A DNA stretch of 27,936 bases, taken from positions 1 to 27,936 of IMG/VR virus record IMGVR_UViG_3300025282_000184; one strand, given 5' to 3'. Made by a program: the position numbers and the translations under genes. Positions 1-11,500 of the stretch are shown piece after piece (position 1 is the stretch's first letter; the number at the start of each line of letters is the position of its first letter). The notes beneath the pieces were generated by a model, which saw only the letters and a list, made by a program, of their open reading frames with translations, had not been told where the DNA came from and did no database searches. The DNA comes from a virus (Duplodnaviria; Caudoviricetes).

Positions 1-728
1 AAGGAGGAAAAGGGATTATCTAAGTTAGAATTATGAATTTCATCAATAAAATTATATATGTATGGTAAAGAAATCTCACCAATTTCTGTATTCGCCACAT
101 AGTCTTCGTATTCTTCTACGTAATAAGAGTATGATGAGGCAAGCTGGTGAGAGGGCGAGAACTGGTTCAAGACGCTGCCCATGCCGTTTGCGCCTTGTAC
201 CGCCATTTGTGGACTTGTTGGTATCATTTGCTTAAAAGAATAATCATAATACCTTGTATTAAAAAACGCTTTTGTTAATAAACCATCTTGGCCAAATGGT
301 ATTAGTTCTGTACCGCCGGCGAGCATCACCGGAATCAAAGGATCTGTTCCATCTGGCCCGGTGCCAAACAAAAGCTTGGTCCACATTCCTAATGTCCTGC
401 CGGCTTTGTCTCTAGGCGGGCCATCGGGGGCGCCCTGAATTGGATCTTTTGTTGTAACATCACTGGACCTTATAAAAACTGGATATGATCTATAAATGTC
501 ATTGAACTCGAAGCAGCCTCCATAAGCGTTAGCACCTACTTCTGTTGGTGTTCCAAAAGAAACGGTAATTCCTTTTTCATTGAATTCCGTAGTACCTTGG
601 CCACCTTGCATGCCTCCTTCCAAGTTATAAAAATAACCACGATGCTTCGCAAGGAGATCCACGCGGGTCGGGGTTTGTTTATTCTTTGTTATAAAGTGTG
701 TATTTATATACAGTTTTTCAATTGACAT
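1..728 (-). CDS. Hypothetical phage protein, 3'-truncated at window edge (>=242 aa; absent from the supplied ORF track)
   Basis: Manual translation from ATG at 728-726 gives MSIEKLYINTHFITKNKQTPTRVDLLAKHRGYFYNLEGG...EEYEDYVANTEIGEISLPYIYNFIDEIHNSNLDNPFSS with no stop down to base 1. The ATG overlaps the TAA of the preceding gene (TAATG). Confidence 0.9.
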   Translation of the reverse strand, partial: MSIEKLYINTHFITKNKQTPTRVDLLAKHRGYFYNLEGGMQGGQGTTEFNEKGITVSFGTPTEVGANAYGGCFEFNDIYRSYPVFIRSSDVTTKDPIQGAPDGPPRDKAGRTLGMWTKLLFGTGPDGTDPLIPVMLAGGTELIPFGQDGLLTKAFFNTRYYDYSFKQMIPTSPQMAVQGANGMGSVLNQFSPSHQLASSYSYYVEEYEDYVANTEIGEISLPYIYNFIDEIHNSNLDNPFSS

Positions 729-3700
729 TAGTAGCCACCTCTACCGGTAGTACCACCATTCCTGGTACCCGGGCCAGTTCCTGGGCTTGGGGTCGCCATT
801 TCGGTGCGTGGTGTTCTGAGTTGTTGCGACGGGCCGGCCGACGGAGTTTGGGCCTGGTTTCGGCTAAGGCGTGGGGGTCGGGCGGGACCGGGAACTTGTG
901 GGCGTGGACGTGGTGTGGGATTAGCGGAACCGACGCGGGCGAAGCCCAGTTGCGCGTTAAAAATATATTCAGGCTGAACACCTGTGGCATAAAGTTTATC
1001 AGAACCATTAATTAATCTGTCAATTCTTTCTATATTTTTAACTGGACTTCTACTATCATTTGAAACGACATTAGATTTACCTTTAATTAAAAAATACTCA
1101 TTGTATATTGGAAGATCTAAAGATTCAGGATAAGTACCTAGCAACATCGGATTTCTATATCTAACCAATCTGCATAATGTAGTGTTATTATTCAAAATAG
1201 TGTTCCATACATCCGGTGTGACGGGAGACCAGCGAGGTTGTTTTAGACTAATGTCATTATTATTAGTTGGATACCCAGTACATGCTTGCAATTCTATAAG
1301 TTGCCCATGCATCAGCCAAAACATTAAAAATTTACTTGCATCCTGCAGGGGGTTGAAATTTGAATTCAACAACTCTTTTCGATAATTATTTTTGCTAATA
1401 TCACTGACACCTTGGTGCAATAAAGCTTTAAGTTGCATCGGCATTTCTTTAATAATTTTTTGTTTTTCTACAGAAATTTGATTTGCTGGTCTTTTTCTTA
1501 ATTTGTTTCCCGAATCAATTGTTACGGTCCTCGAATTAGCAGTGTCTTTGCTCTCAACTTTGTCTAGAAAAGTTATGATATTATCAGGGTTTCTCAGATT
1601 CCATTTTTCGAGATCCTTAATCGGCTCTAATGTTTTTAAATAATGGGCCCCGAGGAGAGATAACATTATCCCATTCCCTGCGGCGTTGGTTTCAGGTACT
1701 TGTCTAATATTGTTACTACGAGATGAATATCGATTGTCACTTTGTTTGTTGATGCTATTAATAATTTCTTGGTCATCAGAAATATTTCTATCAATTATAA
1801 TTTTTGTTGTTTTGCCAAAATAATTATCTGCAAGAGCATAATTTGGACTCTCCAACTCCCTTTCATTATTTTTATGTAATATTCTGTTAACGTCCCTAAA
1901 AGCTAAAAAAGAATCTAACTTTTGTGAAAAAGAGTATTGCGTGTAATCAGTCATGTTATTATCTATTTGTGACATATTATAGCCCAAAACATCTAATAAT
2001 AAAACAGCATTCTTATTTTTATTAAAAATGTTATCTTCTTCATCAATCAAATTAACTTTTTTATTTCCGCCTAACGAAACAAAAGATGGCGCAAAATATT
2101 GATATTTGTTTGAAGCAACAAAATCTCTGTTAGAATAAATTTTACCATCGACTTGCAGGTTTAAAGAAGGATTTTCGCTATTAAAATATCTCAAGGTTTC
2201 TATTTTAGACCTTCTTATTATTTCATCTGCATCATATGTTTTAAATCCCGCAAGGGAGGTAGCGTCTGCGTCAAAATATTCGTAACCATAATTCGGATCC
2301 AGGGATGCATCAACAATTTCAGCAGAAATATTATTATTGCTGTAACCTTTGAAAGAAGAACCAAAATACTTATTTAATTTGAAAACGGCTGTTCTAGGTT
2401 CTGTCTCCTTTTTTGTATATAAAGCAGCAGTTCTATTCTTGCGCTTGGTTATTGAAGACTCATATGTTAATTTATTTCTAATTTTACTAGCATACTCAAG
2501 CATCATTGTTTTAACAAAATCCATATCTTTTGGGTTGTTACTTATCGGTGAGGCAAGGGAATATAGTACTCTCGCTAAATTATTTTGTAATTCTGCGGTT
2601 AATTGAGGATTGTGGCCCATAAATAAATTGACAATTCTAATAAATTGTTTTATAAGATTTGACCATGGCGTACCTGATTTTGAATCTTCGCTTAAAACCG
2701 TTGTCAAAGACATGAATGACTGAGTGTATTTTTTATTAAAATTATTAAAGCCGGCTTTTTGAGCTACCATTGCTGTATTGTCATATAATTGAATTGATTG
2801 TTCAAAACCCAATAAATTAGAAATCAAATAATTTTGTGTTCTTTCTTCTATCTCTAATTCAATACCATATTGGTAACTACCTTCTGTCACCTTAGCAATT
2901 TGTTTATCTACCACTTGGAAAAATAATATATCACCAGCATTTTTTAAAGATAGGTTTATATTTTCTATAGTACCAATTGGCTCTTTAGTATATTGGTCTT
3001 CTCGAACTCCTTTAAGATCAGTGACACCAGTTTTTGTTAACATCGGCCTGTTAAATAATTCAACAACAACGTGTTCATCCGGGCTGCCATTTGGATTAAA
3101 AAATGGTAATATTTTCTTTCCGTTTAACCGATCGAGACCTGTTTGGTTTTCATTTATTCTTCTTCTTAAAATTCTTAATTTTCTTATTTTAGATGCATCA
3201 AGAATTGAATTTACAATTGCTGGATCGGGATTATTAAACAATTTTGCATAATGACTATAATTCCTAAATATTTTTTCTATTTTAACCCCAAAAATAAATT
3301 TGGTTGATCCATTACGATCCCTATTCAAAAATAAATCTGTAAAGAATACATCATCATTTTGCTTATTATATGTTGTTTTTAAATTCAGCGACTTGGAAGC
3401 TTTTATGGCATCTTTATCATTTTCTTTAAAAGAAATATCAATTTTTTTGAATTTATCTATAACTCTGTAATCTATAGTTTTGATATTCGGCACGCTGGTT
3501 GTAATCAATCGTTCGTTTTTCCCTGTCCCGGAAGAGAGACCAGTATTAACTTGACCGTCTGATGTTTGGTGAATTGGACCAAAATACGGCCTCTTATTTT
3601 TTTCTAGCAAATAATGTTTTGAGTTCTTTACAAGTTTATTGCTAACAATAATTTGTTCGATTGTGGGCCGGCCCAAGGAAGAGATTAGCGGAATTCTTTT

Positions 3701-4324
3701 CTTTTTTTCACGAGTAAGAGATTCTATATCTGAATCGTAATAACAAACAGCAAAATATGTTAGATGTTGAGGGTTATCATTTGGTAAAGAAAAAATGATT
3801 TCATAAGGTATATCATATACTCTGTGATTTTTTGTTTCTGTTGTTAAATAATTTTCAATTCTAAAATTATCTGGTCTGTTATTAATATCTATATCTTTAC
3901 ATATGACACTTGTGGCGGCTCCATGGGGTGCGGTCTTTGAAATATCGTCATAATAACCGCCTGGAAGTAATTGAATTGGCGCTCTTGTTATGTCTTTCGT
4001 CGCTCCAGAAGACAGGCTTTGTGCAATCCTTATTTTCATTCTTTTATTGACACCAGATTCGTTCAACCAAGATGTTTTGTTGGATGAATCTACAATTTCT
4101 TTTATGTATAGTCTTACCGTAGAAATAAGTTGTGATCCTTCGCCGGCGGAAACTCTTGCAACAAAATCATTATTATATCTGTTCTGTGTCATTCTATCAG
4201 AAACAATATTACTTTGACGAGCATTTTCTCTTTCTTTTAAATGGTCATAGCCTTTTGATAATCTTATACTTCCAATAAAAACATCTGGTACAGATTGGCC
4301 GAATCGATTTTGTTTAATAACCAT
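728..4324 (-). CDS. Large hypothetical, probably virion-associated protein (~1198 aa) with a Pro/Arg/Gly-rich C-terminal tail
   Basis: Long ORF. Start moved from TTG 4330 to ATG 4324 because that ATG overlaps the upstream TAA (TAATG), as at other junctions. No catalytic motif recognised. Ends PTPRPRPQVPGPARPP...GGTTGRGGY. Confidence 0.85.
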   Translation of the reverse strand: MVIKQNRFGQSVPDVFIGSIRLSKGYDHLKERENARQSNIVSDRMTQNRYNNDFVARVSAGEGSQLISTVRLYIKEIVDSSNKTSWLNESGVNKRMKIRIAQSLSSGATKDITRAPIQLLPGGYYDDISKTAPHGAATSVICKDIDINNRPDNFRIENYLTTETKNHRVYDIPYEIIFSLPNDNPQHLTYFAVCYYDSDIESLTREKKKRIPLISSLGRPTIEQIIVSNKLVKNSKHYLLEKNKRPYFGPIHQTSDGQVNTGLSSGTGKNERLITTSVPNIKTIDYRVIDKFKKIDISFKENDKDAIKASKSLNLKTTYNKQNDDVFFTDLFLNRDRNGSTKFIFGVKIEKIFRNYSHYAKLFNNPDPAIVNSILDASKIRKLRILRRRINENQTGLDRLNGKKILPFFNPNGSPDEHVVVELFNRPMLTKTGVTDLKGVREDQYTKEPIGTIENINLSLKNAGDILFFQVVDKQIAKVTEGSYQYGIELEIEERTQNYLISNLLGFEQSIQLYDNTAMVAQKAGFNNFNKKYTQSFMSLTTVLSEDSKSGTPWSNLIKQFIRIVNLFMGHNPQLTAELQNNLARVLYSLASPISNNPKDMDFVKTMMLEYASKIRNKLTYESSITKRKNRTAALYTKKETEPRTAVFKLNKYFGSSFKGYSNNNISAEIVDASLDPNYGYEYFDADATSLAGFKTYDADEIIRRSKIETLRYFNSENPSLNLQVDGKIYSNRDFVASNKYQYFAPSFVSLGGNKKVNLIDEEDNIFNKNKNAVLLLDVLGYNMSQIDNNMTDYTQYSFSQKLDSFLAFRDVNRILHKNNERELESPNYALADNYFGKTTKIIIDRNISDDQEIINSINKQSDNRYSSRSNNIRQVPETNAAGNGIMLSLLGAHYLKTLEPIKDLEKWNLRNPDNIITFLDKVESKDTANSRTVTIDSGNKLRKRPANQISVEKQKIIKEMPMQLKALLHQGVSDISKNNYRKELLNSNFNPLQDASKFLMFWLMHGQLIELQACTGYPTNNNDISLKQPRWSPVTPDVWNTILNNNTTLCRLVRYRNPMLLGTYPESLDLPIYNEYFLIKGKSNVVSNDSRSPVKNIERIDRLINGSDKLYATGVQPEYIFNAQLGFARVGSANPTPRPRPQVPGPARPPRLSRNQAQTPSAGPSQQLRTPRTEMATPSPGTGPGTRNGGTTGRGGY
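731..957 (-). repeat. GC-rich low-complexity tract encoding the Pro/Arg/Gly/Thr tail
   Basis: Hand count gives about 66% GC over 781-960 versus about 30% over 961-1080. Confidence 0.8.
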
Positions 4325-5544
4325 TAGCAAATTTCTCCTGTATCTTCTAAAGTTTCACCATACATATTTATATTTGTCTGAGATGGAGAGATGATTTCCA
4401 AGTCTTCACAGTTTATTTCTACATCAGAAAACAAACTTCTGTTTTTCAATTCAGCCCTAGTGGTACAAATAACATCTTCTGATATTTCTTCATCGAAACT
4501 AATATCTAAAAAATTGGCTAAAATATTTTCTGGTTTGGGGGGTGCATATGTTTTTCTTTCTTCATCGTCATTAACATATGGAGCATAAAAAACATTTTCT
4601 ACCTCAACTTCTGGGTTGAAATATAGTTTAATCCAGCGTTCTGTGTCTAAATTAGAGTCCTCTATAAAAAAGACCTCAACTTCATAATTATCAATACCGT
4701 AAGGAACATTTTCTTCTGTTAACTCAAGCAAGATTTCTCCTCTTTTAACTTCGTAATATGTTCCATCTTCAAATGGAATAATTTCATCTGCTCCAACATG
4801 AGCCAAAGCATTATTAACCGCAATTGAATTATTAATATCTTTAGCAAAGTTCATATTATATTTTTCTACAGTAGTAAAATTACATTCTATTTCAACTTGG
4901 GGAATTTTTAAAGTAGGAAAACGATTAGTATAGAGTTGCTCAACAGAGCTGCTAATTTGTCCTTTATAACATTGCATATCCCAAGAAGGAGCATATCTGT
5001 TTCCCAAATCTGAAGTGCCAATTGGCTCTTGCATAATATAATTGTTAAGAATGCCAAATTCGTTATTATACTCATAAGTGTTGGTCAAATGAAATTTGAC
5101 CCATGATGATATATCGGCGGAAACATTCGGACTAACGGTTTCTATCATCTCTTGTTCTTGTACAAGATTTAACCATTCTCCGTGCGCTGCAGCATCATAA
5201 AAATCAGGGCCAAAGCCCAAATCTTCATAATCAACAAGCCCAGACCCTGCTTTAAAAAATTGATTTTTTCCAGCCACATTCATTCTATCTTTTTTCTCTA
5301 ATCGCGTAAAGTTGTATTGTGTTTTCAATCTTGGAGTTTCTTCTTTGATACGTGTAGCAATATAATTCTGTTCTTCGGCTGGTAAATGGTTATCGGGCGA
5401 ACCAGTATATCGAGCATCATATAGGATGTCATCATCAAAAAAAGCATAATATTCTGGTGTTAGACTTCCCTCGGATAAAAGTTTTTTTCCATGGGAAGTT
5501 AGTTGTATATCGAATACTTCTTGTTTTTGATTAAAAAATGCCAT
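4324..5544 (-). CDS. Putative baseplate/tail-fibre attachment protein (406 aa, acidic); N-terminus resembles the P2 gpH N-terminal (DUF3751-like) pattern
   Basis: The ORF is clear. The N-terminal motif IQLTSHGKKLLSEGSLTPEYYAFFDDDILYD fits the LT..G...L......(I)..A.(G)D pattern of tail-collar/fibre N-termini, and the gene lies directly after the gpI-like gene. Function is inferred. Confidence 0.5.
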   Translation of the reverse strand: MAFFNQKQEVFDIQLTSHGKKLLSEGSLTPEYYAFFDDDILYDARYTGSPDNHLPAEEQNYIATRIKEETPRLKTQYNFTRLEKKDRMNVAGKNQFFKAGSGLVDYEDLGFGPDFYDAAAHGEWLNLVQEQEMIETVSPNVSADISSWVKFHLTNTYEYNNEFGILNNYIMQEPIGTSDLGNRYAPSWDMQCYKGQISSSVEQLYTNRFPTLKIPQVEIECNFTTVEKYNMNFAKDINNSIAVNNALAHVGADEIIPFEDGTYYEVKRGEILLELTEENVPYGIDNYEVEVFFIEDSNLDTERWIKLYFNPEVEVENVFYAPYVNDDEERKTYAPPKPENILANFLDISFDEEISEDVICTTRAELKNRSLFSDVEINCEDLEIISPSQTNINMYGETLEDTGEIC

Positions 5545-5549
5545 TTATC

Positions 5550-8500
5550 TTATTTCCCTCCGGTTGTACTTCCGCCTCCGGTTGTGCTTGTGCCGGTGGT
5601 TGTGTTTGTGCCGCCGGCGGTGGAGGACATACCTTCTTTTGTTGCTGCACTAGCTAGTGCTTGGCCAATAATTTTTGCTGGTGCTGGCATATCGTCCTCC
5701 GTTTCTTCAACTAATTGTGGCGTTATTTTAACGTCAGCTTCTATTTGTGCTAACTCAACCATAGAAAAGAAATCATATGGCCAATTATAACTATATAATG
5801 GTTCAACTTCTTTTGAACTTAATTGCACAGCCTCTTTTGGGTCTAACTTACCAGAAGCAATGTCTAATTTTTGGTTATCTTCAATTTGTAATAATAAATC
5901 TCCCCTAGTTTTTCTTAAAGATTTATAGTAGTTCCATTCAGCTTTCTGCTTAACTTTAAATATTATCCAACGCAAGTCTTCATGGAGTGTAACAAACCCG
6001 GACTTCTTTTGGTTTTCTTCGTGTTCTTCAGAATATTCTCTTATTGCCTGCGCTAAAAGAGGATGAGTTATAGTAGATACACTCTCTCTTGGTTCTTTGA
6101 TATTGGTACCTAAATCAGGTGGAAGATTTTGCCACATATCTATGAGATCTTGCTGGCTAAATTCATGTTCAAATTCAAAAATATGCATTGCAAATGGCTT
6201 TACTTCTGGTGTATTAAATTTACCATGGAAAGTTAAAAAGTCAAATTTGGGAGGTAAAACATACGTCCTCATTTTCTTAACCATATCAATAACATCTTGG
6301 CCAGCGATTGTAAGTATCTTTTCTCTTTCTGTCTCACTAGCTTCCCTATCATAGAATATAGCAGCATCAATTCTTTCTCTGTCAATTGAGAAAAATACTT
6401 TTTTATTTTTTATAGTTCTAAAAGGGATTGCGATAATTGATTCTTTTACCTTCTTTTTAGATGGTACTTTGCCAATTTTATGATTACCTTTCCTTAAACC
6501 AAGTGCGTCGGCAAGTGAAGGTTTATTTAAACCATCCGCAATTTCAATAACTACTCCTTCTTCTGGATTAGCGGGCAAAGTACCATATTGGTGCCACATG
6601 CCTTTTGCTACGGAACCTGATCCATATTTTGGTAAGGTGGTTGCGACGTCTTTAAAATTCAACATCGGAGTCTCAAATTTTGTTTCAATAACAAGTTTCC
6701 GTCCTGCTTTATCAAAATCAAGCACCGGGGCTCCAAATTTTAATCCATCTCGTGTTTCTTTAGCAGTTTTTTCAAAATCAAATATTGTTTCAGTAAAGTT
6801 AATAGAAGCGCTAACCTGCATAGCATTATCAATATTTTTAGTTTGGCCGGTGGCAAGAGCTGCAAAAGGAACAAACCCATTGCGTGCATAAGTTACTGTT
6901 GCTCCAGAAAGAATTGTAAGTAGATCGTACCTAGAGTTGTCTAATGATGCATCAAATTTAACAGGATTAAATTCAATTTTGATTAAAGATCCGCTGTGTG
7001 GGCTTTGATAAGAGTAATCGTGCTCCAAAGATTCGTAAGGAGGTGTAAACGGAGAATATCCACTAGCCTTTCCATATTGAGCAGCAGTTGGCGCCGCATT
7101 GGATGCATTAACTTCATTCGTGTAAAGCGTTGTAGGAATCCCTGATGAACGTGAAAATGCGTTAACCACAGGTGGGCCGAATGCAGATGGCCTGTCATAC
7201 ATTGAGAAAGAACCAGTTTTCTTCATAATAATGAACATTTCATACGGTGTAGTGCCCGACATTTGACCGAATCTTGGATCTAAATCTCCAAAATCTGATT
7301 TAATTGGAGTTTTATCAACAAAAAATTGCATTGTTTCTGCTAAGAAATTGTGCATAGCTAATTTATATCTTTTATCTTTTGTTTCACTAAATGATGCAGT
7401 AGGAGGTAATTCAGATGCTGCAGCTTGATGGACTGACGCTGAAGGATGTATTTCTTGATCCAAAATTTGTAACCCACGGTAAAACTCTGAAGGTTCTAGA
7501 AGGCTTTCAAACTGAAGTCTCTTAGTAAAATTTTCATTTAATCTATAGCCATAATTATTTATTCCCTGAACAGTTTTAAATGAGCCAGTAGCTTCATAAC
7601 TAGGTTTGTAATGATTTATATAACTTACGGCTGCCGAGCGCGGTGTGGGTATCGTGTATACCGGATAGTCAACAGCTATACCAGCTTTTATTGTGTTATA
7701 CATTATACCTGGTGCGAAATAAGGTGTGATAAGCGGGCGCTTATATCCAAGAAAATTATCAGCAACTTGTTTCGAGACTTTCTTAACCTGAGCTGTATCA
7801 AAAAATGAAGCTGAAAATAAACTAGCTAGTTCGAGTGTTCTTAAGACAGGATAAAAACCACTATATGGCAGGAATTTCATTAGTGCTCTACATTTTAAAG
7901 TTAATGAGGTATCTTCTGCTCTTTGAATTTGTTTACCATTCATAAAAGTAGTTTTCCTGTGTTCGTCGATGATATTAAAATGTTTAAGGAAATCACTATG
8001 AGAATAATCTTTATAAAAATTATCATTTGCGCTATCTGATGCAACAGTACCTGTCAGAGTTAGAAAACCTTCTCGATCAGCTAGAAAGTCTGAAGCTTTA
8101 ACGTTTACATAATAATCCATATGTTCACTAATCCTAAATTCTGGTATTAGAGAATAATCTTTTCCTTGCCTTCTTAAATCTTCTACCCAGTTTTCATATG
8201 TTCCTTGTGGGAAAGGTTGTTTATCAGCTTGCGAGTCGGCTTCCCATTTTGTATCGCCGGCAAGCATATACGTTAAAGTACTGGCGCCGCCTGTAGTAAT
8301 CCAAACGTTTTCGAAGGTACGTCGCGAGTATATCGGGCTCATTTGAGCAGTAAACTTGCGCGCTTTACCAGAATTTGTATCGATAATACTCCACTGCGGG
8401 TACATACTCCAAAGTTCACCAAGACCACCAGATACCATTGGAGCTACAGCTCCAGTTGCATGAGTAGTACCTGTAGTATCCAAACCATTAATCGTAATAG

Positions 8501-11500
8501 AAGTTTCGAAAGATGTATTGCCTAAATTGTCTGTTGTCCTCGCATCTAATGGCCACATACTTCCGGTATCACCGATCATTGGACGTATTGCTGATCCATC
8601 ATTTTTAGTGATTAACGATTTATCAAATGCATTAGTAAAACCTTTTGCGTTGCCCTCCACCCAAGTTGCAAGAGGTACTGGGTTTGTGATAACTCTATTA
8701 TTTCTGTTTTCTCTCCAGAACGATACAAAATAATTCTTTCTCATGTAAGTCTTCGAGAGATATTCATTTTTTTCCCTCGGCCATATTCTTTCGCGATAGT
8801 TTAGTGAAACAAATTTTTCGACCGGGGTACTTTCACCGGTCAAACCACTATAAAGATATATTGCAGTTAAATCATCATACGCTAGATTTTCTGTATTAAC
8901 TTTCACATCTAATAATTTATCAATTTCATTTCTGCTAAAACTTGCTAGTTTATTACCATAAGTATGTTCGAGAGTAATCAGGTCTGCGACCATTTGATTT
9001 GGGTCTCTTTTAACCCGGGTTTGTATACCTTGACCTTCATTCGCAGCATCTAAATTTGTTAAATTATCTGGCTTGTATAAAAAACGATGCGTTAATGGCT
9101 TGTATTTTGAAGTAACAGCTGGTTCGGTGAAAGAACGCGAATGAGGTGAACGCATCTCTTTATAGTGATTACCCTGATCATCAGTAAATAATCTTGCTGG
9201 TTTTTGTATAGAAATTCTATTATTTATTCTCATATCCCTAACAATGGGATGTTCACCTGTTCTTGTTTGTTTCCATGATGGATATTGGTAAGGACCATTA
9301 TAATTAAGCAAAAAAGTATTCAACAAATTTGCTTTAGTAAATGAAGTGTTTTCAAGAGTAAGCAGTTTTGTGTTCAATCCGGAAGCACTTAAGAAATTTT
9401 GGCTTGCAGTGACGGCAGCTAATATGTGAAAGTTCAAACCAACAAAATCTGTTGTTAATCTAGAGCCTGCGGCGAAGCCAGAAGGTTTTTTATCTTTGTC
9501 AAACCCACCAAACTTTCTTGGGGTGCCGGCGTCGTCTCCGTCAATGTAACTGCTTATATCGCTAGCGCTCATGAAAGCTATTGATGGAGTATAAATATAA
9601 CCACCAGATTTGGCTTTTCTCTCTTCCCCACTTCTGTGCGCGTATCCCATGGGTGCCGAATCACCCAAATCATGGGTACTTAAGGACGCTGTTATCCACG
9701 CATACTGCCGGTCAGAAGAAGGAGTTGGCGTAATAACAAATCCATTATTATAGATTGACGATGTTAGAACTGTAGAGCCAGGCCTTTTGAGTAATGTTAT
9801 TCGATTGTTGTGTACCTCATGATATGATGCCGTGTTGGCCCTTCTAAGGTTAAACCCGGGGGTACCCTCATATTTACCCTCGGCTTCGCTTAAGAGCGTC
9901 TTTAAGGGCTGTCTAACCGATAAATTTCTATAGTTTAGATTATTATATACACTATATGTTCTAGACGCTTCGTCTAAAAATCCAAGAGAATTAACTTCAG
10001 GCCCGCCTGGTGCTGAAAACCTATCGTTTATAACAGTTTTTTGCCTTGTCGATAAATCTCTTAGATATTTTCTTTCGTCTACTTTAAAATCATATAAGTC
10101 TTTGAACACTATAGATTTAGCATCAGAGCCAGAACTAGGTAAATTTCCTGTATGGTGTATAAACCATAAATTATTGACGTCGGCGCCAACGGTTTGAACT
10201 AATTCATAATTGTTAATGTAATTACCAAGTACTCTTAGTCCGTTGATTGAAGAAGTTACTGTTTTAATATTTTTAATATTAACTGGTCTTTTAACTAATT
10301 CTTCGCGGTAAAATGATGCACGTGGCTTGTGGAATCCATCGGCGCCGGGTCCGTATACTTTGACTGTTTTATCATCTGTGCCGCTGGTAAAGTTTGTCTT
10401 AGTCATACCGGCAGTACCAGAATCTGTTAAAGTAACAGTTGTGTTGCCGGCCGTGCCTGCTGTTGCTTGAGTTACAGTCACAACTGCCCCATCAACAGAG
10501 GCAGTAAACCTTGTCCCTGCTGGGCCCGATGAGGTGTTGATAACATTCATCAGGTTAGCTGCTGTTGCATTGTTTGAGGTCGTGGCTTCAAATGTACCGT
10601 TAACAGAACTTTGGTCGCCTTGTGTAAAGTCATAATTAGTACCATCAGTAGCAACCAAGTTCACCTTGTCGCCGGCGTTGAGTTCGGTGTACGCCGTGAT
10701 GGTTATTGTTGCGGTGGCAGCTACACCATCATTTCCAAAACGTATCCTCCAGCCTTCTGGGCGGGTGAGTTCTGTGTCTGTACTAGTTTTTATTGTATTA
10801 ACAACATTAACTGGCGCGTGTCGATAAGCCAATCCTCCGACATGCTCGTTAGTAAATGGTCCCTGCAAAGGCGATTCAGCATTGTAACTATCATGATGAA
10901 GGTTAGTAAATTCGTAATTAGTTTTAAAATCGGTGCTAACTTGACTGTTTGTTGGGCCGCTGTGGCTGTAAATTGTAAATGGTGTAACAATATCTGTTTT
11001 TGAAACACTATGTTCTTCTATAAAAGTACCAGCCTCATTTTTTTGAAATAAGTCTGCTTCGCCGCTATATCTCTCTTTATCCTTGCGGTGTATAATAACG
11101 TCTTGCAAACCGTAGTCTTGATTTAATTTTCCTGCTTCTATCTTAACATGATCACTGTTATCTTCTGAAGTGCCTTTAAAAGCCAAAACTTCTTTTTCAA
11201 AATTTATTTTCTTATTATAATACTGATTATGACCTTGTGTAATCGGTGTTAACACGCCCGCAGAAATCCCTGGTGTTAGTCTATTTATCACCTCGGAGTT
11301 CATTATTATTCTTCTAAGATGTTCTCTATTAATATCAACATCTGCTACTCCAATAGTGTTAACATTGGTACTAATAATTTCATGATTGCGTAATGTTTGC
11401 ATTCCCTTTTCCAGACTAGGGAAAGGGGATCTCCCTTGAACTACTGGGCCTCGGCCGCCGTCGCCGCCTCCGGCTTGGGCTTCTTTTGCTCTTTCATCGC

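Noticed and set aside
698-1015. Overlapping ORFs 698..1015 (+) and 718..1008 (-), or a programmed frameshift into them
   Set aside because: They coincide with the GC-rich tract where stops are scarce, have no RBS, and the main frame already ends in a TAATG coupled to the next gene.
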